A stretch of 64,000 bases of DNA, taken from NCBI GenBank assembly GCA_963801165.1, contig CAWDDT010000005.1, forward strand, positions 224,001 through 288,000, given 5' to 3'. Every line of letters begins with the position of its first letter. Positions within the stretch are counted from its first letter, which is position 1. The translations under genes were made by a program, and so were the position numbers. The notes beneath the pieces are model-generated. The model worked only from the letters and a program-made list of their open reading frames with translations, had not been told where the DNA came from and did no database searches. This stretch comes from an uncultured bacterium. Lineage in GTDB: Bacteria; Actinomycetota; Acidimicrobiia; Spongiisociales; UBA5794. Shown here in pieces: positions 57,173-64,000 of this stretch.

Positions 57173-58552
57173 CTACACGCCGTCCCAGCCAGCGAGACGG
57201 GCTGACAACCACCAGAACGCCATGCCTTTGCGGCGACAGTTGAACGGATGGCTGTGGGCGCAGCTCGAACCGAGGTCGGCGCAATCGTCGGGATGGGTCG
57301 AGCACCAGGTGCTGCACCATTCGCAGGCGTCGCTGGCGTCTGGGTAGAAGTTGCCCGCCGGGTCGTATTGCTCGATGTCGGCGAAATCGAACAGCACTCC
57401 CCCGGTGTCGAGCACATGCTGACGAACCTTGTCGTTGTTGGCATCGAGCGATGCGCTGCCGCCGTCGAGATGCCCGGTCATGTAGACGAAGGTCACATCC
57501 GGGTATTCCGTCTCCAGGGTCGTCATCGCTTCGAGGTAGGCATCGACATCGGTGTAGTCGCCCGACATCTCACCGCACCACGACCAGGCGAAGGCGTTCG
57601 CTTCGGGCACGTCGGCGAGAACCGACCGGGCCTCGCCCAGGTAGGCGGAGGCGTTCCAGGACCACCCGGAGTCGTAGCCCATGCGTAGCTCCGCGGGGGT
57701 CGTCTGAGGACCGATCTCTCGATACCACTTCTCGAACGACAGCCCCAGCCAGTTGTCGAGGTCCTCGGCGCCGGTCCAGATCTGGGTGCCGTGCGATGTC
57801 GACCCGTATGCCCAGATCACATCATCGGCGGCGGCCTCGAGCCATATCTCGGGGATGGCGTCGATATCGGCGGCATTGTGGTCCACAACGATCGCATCCG
57901 GGGTCTCCGGCGGCGGTGGCGTGATCGGGTCGAGGTCGAGAGCTCGGGCGAAGAACGACGCCATCTGGTCACGCTTGACCGGCGCGGTGGGACAGAACTG
58001 ATCGTTGGCAGGTGGGTTGCAACCTGCAGTGACACCGGCCCCGGCGAGTGCGTTGATACTTGCCTGGAAGATCGACGTGTCATCATCTGTGAAGTAGCCG
58101 GTGGATGTTGCCGGGTAACTGAAAGCTCGAGTGAGGAAAGCTGCCATCTGTTCCCGGGTCACCGAGGCGTCGGGGCAGAAGAGATCATTGTCGGGCGGGT
58201 TGCATCCCTTGGTGATCCCAGCAGCCGCAACCGCGTTGATGTCCGCTTCGAATACCAGGCCGTCGTCGTCTGTGAAGTAGTCGGTCGAGACTGGAGCCAG
58301 GTCGAGGGCCCGCTTGAGGAACGCAGCCATCTGGCCACGGGTGACGTTGCCGCTCGGGCAGTAGCGATCGTTGACCGGCGGATTACAGCCCCTGGTGATC
58401 CCAACGTCGGCGATTGCCTCGATGTTGGCCTCGTGGACGTTCCCGTTGTCATCGGTGAACGTGCCGCCGGGCGGTAGGGCGGCCACTGCCACTCCCGCAA
58501 CCATCATGCTGGCCAGCACCAGGACGAGTGGGCTCAAGATCCTCGTACGCAT
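57173..58552 (-). CDS. Secreted SLH-domain protein with uncharacterised C-terminal alpha/beta domain
   Basis: Signal peptide, three GxTxGCNPPxNDxxCP SLH repeats, then [32 protein letters not shown]. Confidence 0.85.
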   Translation of the reverse strand: MRTRILSPLVLVLASMMVAGVAVAALPPGGTFTDDNGNVHEANIEAIADVGITRGCNPPVNDRYCPSGNVTRGQMAAFLKRALDLAPVSTDYFTDDDGLVFEADINAVAAAGITKGCNPPDNDLFCPDASVTREQMAAFLTRAFSYPATSTGYFTDDDTSIFQASINALAGAGVTAGCNPPANDQFCPTAPVKRDQMASFFARALDLDPITPPPPETPDAIVVDHNAADIDAIPEIWLEAAADDVIWAYGSTSHGTQIWTGAEDLDNWLGLSFEKWYREIGPQTTPAELRMGYDSGWSWNASAYLGEARSVLADVPEANAFAWSWCGEMSGDYTDVDAYLEAMTTLETEYPDVTFVYMTGHLDGGSASLDANNDKVRQHVLDTGGVLFDFADIEQYDPAGNFYPDASDACEWCSTWCSTHPDDCADLGSSCAHSHPFNCRRKGMAFWWLSARLAGWDGV

Positions 58553-58728
58553 CGGCTCTCCTCAATCGCGCCATGGGTAACCCTGGCATAATCGACAGTT
58601 AGCCGCGATAGGTTTAGCCCAATTCCTACCGGATGTGTGGGCGGGCGGCGCCAACGACGATATGGTCTCCGGACAATTCCTCAGCAGGAGCTGGGAATTC
58701 CACAGGATCGAGCGCCGGCGCCGGCCAC

Positions 58729-59328
58729 CTATACGCCCGCCGTGAGAGCGCTTGTTCTCACGTGGGTCGCCTGGTCACGCAACGACGATGTGTCGTCGTA
58801 TGTCACCACTGCCCTCGTCTCGAGCCCGGTCGTTGGCTCCAGCAGCACCGCCAGAGTGTCCCCGGCGACGGTGGCTCCGAAACCCGCACGGGCGCCGGCG
58901 CCAAAGGCTCCCTGCTCGGCGTGCCACAGGAGCATGATCACCCGACTCGACCTCGTATCGGCCCAGTCCCCGGCGGTGACCCCGAGGCTGCGGTGGAACC
59001 CGGCGACGGCGGCGGCGGGAACCGATCCGTACTCACAGGTACCCGTCACCGGCGCGGATGCGTCAGCCAGAAACAGACGGGCAGTCTGGGCCAAGTAGGC
59101 ACATCCCGACGCCGGGTCCACGACCTCCTCGTATCCGATTGTCGTGACCGCGGTTGGCTCAACACCCGCCATCACCGCCGCCACCGCGGCGTGTTGCGCT
59201 CGATCGAGGTCGATCGCCGCCTCGGCATTCCCCGTGCCCTTGATCAGGGCGACGAGCAGCATCGCCACCAGGGTCGCTGCCACCACCACGATGCGAATCA
59301 CCACAGCCCGCATTGTTGCCCGGTCCAT
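58729..59328 (-). CDS. Hypothetical exported protein
   Basis: GAGGAG SD, N-terminal signal/TM helix ending AEA. Co-oriented downstream of the secA paralogue. Confidence 0.6.
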   Translation of the reverse strand: MDRATMRAVVIRIVVVAATLVAMLLVALIKGTGNAEAAIDLDRAQHAAVAAVMAGVEPTAVTTIGYEEVVDPASGCAYLAQTARLFLADASAPVTGTCEYGSVPAAAVAGFHRSLGVTAGDWADTRSSRVIMLLWHAEQGAFGAGARAGFGATVAGDTLAVLLEPTTGLETRAVVTYDDTSSLRDQATHVRTSALTAGV

Positions 59329-59436
59329 TCGTCGCTCCTCACCTGCCCGAGCCTCTCACATACTGTTCTCCGATGCCGCCGCCGCGGTTCCGGCGACCTT
59401 TGGGATAGGTGGGTTGCGTGAACGCCCGTTTCGGAC

Positions 59437-61849
59437 CTACAGGTGGCCACCCGATGCCGGACCGGGATCGATGAACACGGTCCGCCCATCGTCGGACAGG
59501 GCGACGCCATCGATCTCTCCCCCGGACGGATCGACGACCACAATCACCTCTTCGAACTCCGGGCCGGCAAAGCCCCTGAGCCAGTCAAGGTCGATACGGA
59601 GGCGCCTGTCCTGCGGATGGGTCGCCGGTTCGGGCAGTTGGGGCTCTCTGGTCGGCGCGACTACGTGGCGGTCGGGCTTCGCCTCGGGTACAGCCGGCTT
59701 CGGCTTGGGCCCGTGGACGATGTCGACCCCGAGCAGCCGAGTCAGGTAGTCGATCCCCGTGTCGTTCTGCATCTCGGCTACCGCGGTATCCGACCTTCTC
59801 CGCCACTCGGTGATCGGGAAGTTGCCGCCGAAGGCGACGAGGTTCACCCAGTTGCGCAGACCGTGCATCGTCTCGAGGACACGGGTCCAGCCTTCCTCGG
59901 TCACCGAGAACATCACCAGCCTCTGCACGTGGTCCCAGCGGGAGCCGGATTTGATGCGCTGTTCCTCCCAGTGGGTGAGCGCTCCACCGTCGAGGGACCC
60001 TGTCTCCATCTGTGTCTCGAAGCAACTCCCGGCTCCACTGGTCGAAGCCCGGTCCCATCACTATGTCTTCACGAAAGCGGCAGAGCGCGGCGTACTGACC
60101 GTCGAGGATCTCGTCGTACTCGTGGCTGGTGGCACGTAGGTCGAGGTCCCTGACCTCGTTGTTTTGCTGTGCGACATCAACCGCACGATGTGGTCTCGCC
60201 TGACCGCCTCGGACCGGGCGCGGGTTGCTCGGACCTTGGGTGACGACGATGTCGTCCTCGAGTGAGGCGAAGAACATGCTCTCGCCGGGGTCTCCCTGCC
60301 TACCCGCCCTCCCCCTGAGCTGATCGTCGACCCTACGGCTGGCGTGTCGCTCAGTGCCGATCACACACAGCCCTCCGAGCCGCACCACCGCGTCGTGCTC
60401 GGACTGGTCCGCACCGCCGAGCTTGATGTCGACGCCGCGCCCGGCCATGTTGGTCGCCACGGTCACCGCGCCGATCCGACCCGCCTCGGCGACGATGGCC
60501 GCCTCCGCAGCGTGGTGCTTGGCGTTGAGCACCTGATGTTTGATGTCGATGCCCCGCAGCCGGGCGCTCAGATACTCGGAGTGCGCCACCGTGGTCGTCC
60601 CGATCAGCAGAGGCTGCCCGGTGGCGTGTCTGGCGACGATCTCCTGCACAACCGCGTCGTACTTCTCCTCGGCGGATGCATACACCCGGTCCTCCTGGTC
60701 GACCCGGATCACGGGCCGGTGCGGAGGAATGGCCACGACGTCGATGCCGTAGGTGTCGCGGAACTCTAGATGGGCAGGCTGTGCAGTTCCCGACATGCCG
60801 ACCAGCGTCTCGTAGCGGGAGAAGTAGCTGCGGACGGTGATCTGCGCCAATGGCCGCGAGTCCTCCCGTATCTCGACGCCCTCTTTCGCTTCGACCGCCT
60901 GATGCAGGCCATCGGTCCACCGCCTCCCCGGGAGGACACGTCCGGTGAACTCGTCGACGATGCGGACCCGGCCACCCGTGACGACATAGTCCCGGTCACG
61001 ACGGACCGAGCAGCGCGCCCGCAGCGCCATGTGAATGTTGGCGCCTGCCGCAGAGCTCGGATCGGACATCGCTCCGGTACCGATCGATCGCTCGACCCTT
61101 TCGATACCCCTCTCTGTCAGCCATGCGGTGCGCTGCGCATCGTCGACCGCGAAGTCCACGCGGCGTACGAGGCCTGACACGATCCGGGCCGCATCGGCCA
61201 GGCCGGCAGGATCAACGGGCTCCCGCTTGGTCAACACGAACGGTATCCGGGCCTCGTCGAGCAGTATGAAGTCGATCTCGTCGACGAGTGCCGTGGCGTG
61301 GCCCCGCTGCATACGCGAGCCGGCCGTCAGGGTGTCGCGCAGATAGTCGAAAGCAAGCTCCCGGGCAGTGGCGTAGGTCACGTCACAGGCATACGCCGCC
61401 TGCTTGTCCAGCCGGCTCTTGGTGGGGCTGGTGACCCCGACGGTGACGCCGAGGTACTCGTAGAGTGGGCGCATCCACTCGGTGTCACGCCCGGCCAGGT
61501 AGTCGTTGGCGGTGGCGATGTGGACCGGGCCTTCGGGGACCAGGGCATAGGCCGCCAGCGCGGCGGCGAGCGTCTTTCCCTCGCCCGTGAGCATCTCGAT
61601 GGCGTGCCCCGAGGCAAGCGCCGCCGCACCCAGCATCTGCTCGTCGTGTGGTCGTTCGCCGATGGTACGGACGGCGGCGACTCGGGCACGCGCCAGTCGC
61701 TCGGCGAGATCGTTGGTTGGTGGTAGCAGCTGCAACTGCTGGTCGGTGAGTTTGGTCAGCTCAGGGGCGAGCTCGTTGGCATCTTCGAGCGTTCGGTAGA
61801 GCCGGCGTGGCGGCGGCCCGTTCAAGGCACGCCGGAAGTCGATGGGCAC
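59437..61849 (-). pseudogene. secA: SecA paralogue (SecA2-like) split by a frameshift near 60010
   Basis: EMLTGEGKT, NDYLAGRD, VDEID, GLHQAVEAKE, GMSGTA, TNMAGRGVDI, QLRGRAGRQGDPG in one frame. Scaffold-like helices (QRLVMFSVTEEGWTRVLETMHGLR...PITEWRR) are in the 59437-60009 frame. Confidence 0.75.
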
Positions 61850-62122
61850 AATGGTCTCCTCAGGTCGAGGCCCCAGCGGGGCGTCAGGCTGTTGCCGATA
61901 GAGGAGTGCCCGGTGGCGACGACAATCGCCGTGCCAGCCAGCTGCGCATGTGCTGAGCTGATGGGGTCTCGGCGGATTCGTGATCGCCGGACGTGATCCC
62001 GGGCCCCAGGAGAGGACGGCAGGAGTACGCCGCCTCCACATCGACCAGCACAAAGGCAATGGTCCAAAGTGCCGCGGCGACAGTGCGCACAACGGTGTTC
62101 ATCACGATCGCGAACCTAGCGC

Positions 62123-62170
62123 TTCTGGCGTTGATACGCGCGACGATCTCGGTCATTATCGACGCCAGAA
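62123..62170. repeat. Palindromic element copy B (left end)
   Basis: TTCTGGCGTTGAT-N22-ATCGACGCCAGAA. Confidence 0.9.
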
Positions 62171-62216
62171 CGGCAAGGGTATTCACTCTCTGTCGCCTCG
62201 ATGTCACTGTGGTGGA

Positions 62217-63164
62217 GTGTCGGGACGAGAAACATTGCTCAACGAGATTGCACGAGATCAACGAGGTATCTTCACCGTGGCGCAAGCGCGGGCTTGCGGG
62301 TTCGCTCGGCGTACCGTCGCTGCCAGGGCTGCTCACGGCCGGTACGAGCAAATACACCCCGGAGTGTACGGCCTCGCAGGATCGGAGGAGACCTGGCACC
62401 GGCAGGTTACTGCTGCGGTCCTGTCCGCAAAGGTGCCATCGGCGGCGTCACATCAGACAGCGGCCTTCCTGTGGGGCATGACCGACCGTTGCCCCGAGCA
62501 CATCGAGATTGTCACACGACGCCACGTGCGTTTGGCACGATCCGCATTCGTGGTCCACGAATCCAAGGACCTTGACGAAAGCGACATCCATCTCGTTGAC
62601 CGCATTCCCACAACATCTCCAGCACGAACTCTCGTTGACCTGGGCGCCTCCGCACGCCTGGGCGTGGTCGCCAGATGCTTCGACAGCGCGCTCCGTGCGA
62701 AGCTCGTGTCCGTTGCAGAGGTCGACCAGATGGTCCGACGGGTTGCCCGCAAGGGCCGCACAGGGGTTGGCACCATCCGCCCGCTCATCGAGGAGCGGCT
62801 CCGTTGGCAATCAATCACAGAGAGCAGCTTGGAGGATCGGTTCCGGGCACTGCTGGACGGTGCCGGCCTGCCGCTACCGACAAGCCAATACCAGCTCTTC
62901 GAAGCCGACGGCGATTTCGTGGGGCGGTACGACTTCGCCTACGAAGGGTGCGCGGCAATCATCGAGCTCGACAGCGAGCGCTTCCACATGGATCCCGGCT
63001 CATTCCAGCGGGACCGTGAGAAGCAAACCCGTGCCCAGATGCTCGGTTGGACCGTGTACCGCTTCACCTGGCAAGACCTCACCACCCGACCGGACATGGT
63101 CATCAGCGTTCTGGCGTCGATTCTGACCCGAAATGACGCTCGTATCAACGCCAGAAGCGGCTAG
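62217..63164 (+). CDS. AbiEi-like N-terminal domain with C-terminal DUF559 (Vsr-like) endonuclease domain
   Basis: ARDQRGIFT..QA..G...IHPGVY, SHQTAAFLWG, TSPARTLVDL, ESSLE, RYDFAY..IIELDS..FH..QRDREK...GWTVYRFTW. CACTGT 6 nt before the GTG. Confidence 0.88.
   Translation: MSGRETLLNEIARDQRGIFTVAQARACGFARRTVAARAAHGRYEQIHPGVYGLAGSEETWHRQVTAAVLSAKVPSAASHQTAAFLWGMTDRCPEHIEIVTRRHVRLARSAFVVHESKDLDESDIHLVDRIPTTSPARTLVDLGASARLGVVARCFDSALRAKLVSVAEVDQMVRRVARKGRTGVGTIRPLIEERLRWQSITESSLEDRFRALLDGAGLPLPTSQYQLFEADGDFVGRYDFAYEGCAAIIELDSERFHMDPGSFQRDREKQTRAQMLGWTVYRFTWQDLTTRPDMVISVLASILTRNDARINARSG
63109..63156. repeat. Palindromic element copy C (right end, inside the last codons of the DUF559 gene)
   Basis: TTCTGGCGTCGAT-N22-ATCAACGCCAGAA. 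Confidence 0.9.
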
Positions 63165-63841
63165 ATCAGGTCCAGAAGCTCCTCCAGGGTCTTGATCTCG
63201 TGGGTGATCGCGGCGTCCGGACCGGGTTGCTTACCGTCGGGGTTGTACCAGCAGGTGGCGATGCCGTAGTTGGCGCCGCCCTTGATGTCGGAGGCGAGGC
63301 TGTCGCCGACCATGAGCGCCGTCTCCTTTGGCGGATTGCCCAGCATGTCAAAGGTGATATCGAAGACTTCGGGATGTGGCTTGGCGACACCTACCTCGGC
63401 GGAGATGACGATCGCGTCAAAGAACCGCTCAAAGCCGAACCGGGCGATCTGCGGGCGTTTCACCTCGCTGAGCCCGTTGCTGAGCAGCGCCAGCGTGGCC
63501 AACGGCTCGAGCTTCTCGAGCACCTCGATCGTCCCCGGGTATAGGTCACCGAAGGTGGCGAGACCGGCGATGTAATCCTCCGCCATCTGCGCCACATCGC
63601 CGTCGCACCCGAGCTGTCTCACAAGTAGCTCGAACCGGCGCTCGCGCACCGCATCGGGTGGGATCTCGCTCTGCTCGACCTGCTTCCACAGACCGCGATT
63701 GATCTGCTTGTAGATCGGAAAGTGCTCCATCGGGTTGGAGACCCCCTGGTTGCGCAGCGTCACCGCAAAGGCTTTGCGCTCGGAGGCGGCGAAGTCGAGC
63801 AGGGTTGAGTCGAAATCGAGCAGAATCGTGGTGTAGGCCAT
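63161..63841 (-). CDS. HAD-family nucleotidase (YjjG-like)
   Basis: LLDFDSTLLDF, LSNG, KPHPEVF, MVGDSLASDIKGG. Confidence 0.9.
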   Translation of the reverse strand: MAYTTILLDFDSTLLDFAASERKAFAVTLRNQGVSNPMEHFPIYKQINRGLWKQVEQSEIPPDAVRERRFELLVRQLGCDGDVAQMAEDYIAGLATFGDLYPGTIEVLEKLEPLATLALLSNGLSEVKRPQIARFGFERFFDAIVISAEVGVAKPHPEVFDITFDMLGNPPKETALMVGDSLASDIKGGANYGIATCWYNPDGKQPGPDAAITHEIKTLEELLDLI

Positions 63842-63874
63842 CGGGTTGCCAGTGTGCCACAGCCCAGCGCGCTT

Positions 63875-64000
63875 CTAACCGGTGACAAGCTCGGCCGACG
63901 GATGACGCACGGCCACAGTGGCCGCCAGCAGAGTACAGAACCTATCCCGACCAGCACAGACAACCAGATCTCGCTCGATAGTGAGCACCTCGTCGTCCGC
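63875..64000 (-). CDS. Probable 3' end of a gene entering from the right edge
   Basis: Open frame ...ADDEVLTIERDLVVCAGRDRFCTLLAATVAVRHPSAELVTG*, too short to identify. Confidence 0.3.
   Translation of the reverse strand, partial: ADDEVLTIERDLVVCAGRDRFCTLLAATVAVRHPSAELVTG

Larger units (their letters stand above)
62116..63164. mobile_element. Putative REPtron-like unit: AbiEi-DUF559 gene between inverted palindromic repeats, CTAG at both ends
   Basis: Repeats at 62121-62172 and 63107-63158 are inverted copies. CTAG at 62116-62119 and 63161-63164. Confidence 0.5.

Noticed and set aside
59585-60005. C-terminal 140 aa of the 835-aa SecA ORF
   Set aside because: Arg/Pro/Gly-rich off-frame sequence. 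The SecA-like continuation is in the neighbouring frame.
61921-61937. Sigma54 promoter upstream of the secA paralogue (minus strand TGGCACGGCGATTGT)
   Set aside because: The invariant -12 GC is GT, and nothing else in the window points to sigma54.
61884-62102. Small minus-strand ORF MNTVVRTVAAALW... upstream of secA
   Set aside because: No SD or motif, and the start abuts the palindromic element, so support is insufficient.

Overview
GC-rich chromosomal segment of an actinobacterium, probably Acidimicrobiia (inferred from Cys-containing SLH repeats, an F420-dependent PPOX protein, an LppM-type lipoprotein, a Nur-type regulator and many apparently leaderless genes). It holds about 64 protein genes and no recognisable tRNA, rRNA, CRISPR array, transposase or integrase. 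Main content: (1) a polar amino-acid ABC transporter; (2) envelope genes: a WbpB/D/E/I-type diamino-uronate operon with GT-C, GT2 and deacetylase, two LCP proteins, a flippase-phosphoglycosyltransferase fusion, two SLH proteins and an Lnt with Ser at the catalytic Cys; (3) metal homeostasis: Zur with AztAB-like ABC, Nur with NikMNQO and a Nur box, a CDF and MgtE; (4) metabolism: ilvD, metX, a Cys/Met lyase, a ROK kinase and a tandem eukaryotic-type PFK; (5) a vapBC pair, an orphan PIN gene and a frameshifted SecA paralogue. The most unusual signal is an AbiEi-DUF559 nuclease gene bracketed by two inverted ~52-bp palindromic elements, with CTAG at both outer ends and a solo third copy 5 kb away. 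This looks like a REP/REPtron-like unit with no known transposase. Other strong leads: a ~210-nt multi-hairpin sRNA candidate with repeated CCGC loops, a structured mgtE leader with a coupled 15-aa uORF, and a 70-bp duplicated gene 3' end around a 1-kb DUF998 islet. All family calls come from motif recognition by eye; no searches were run.
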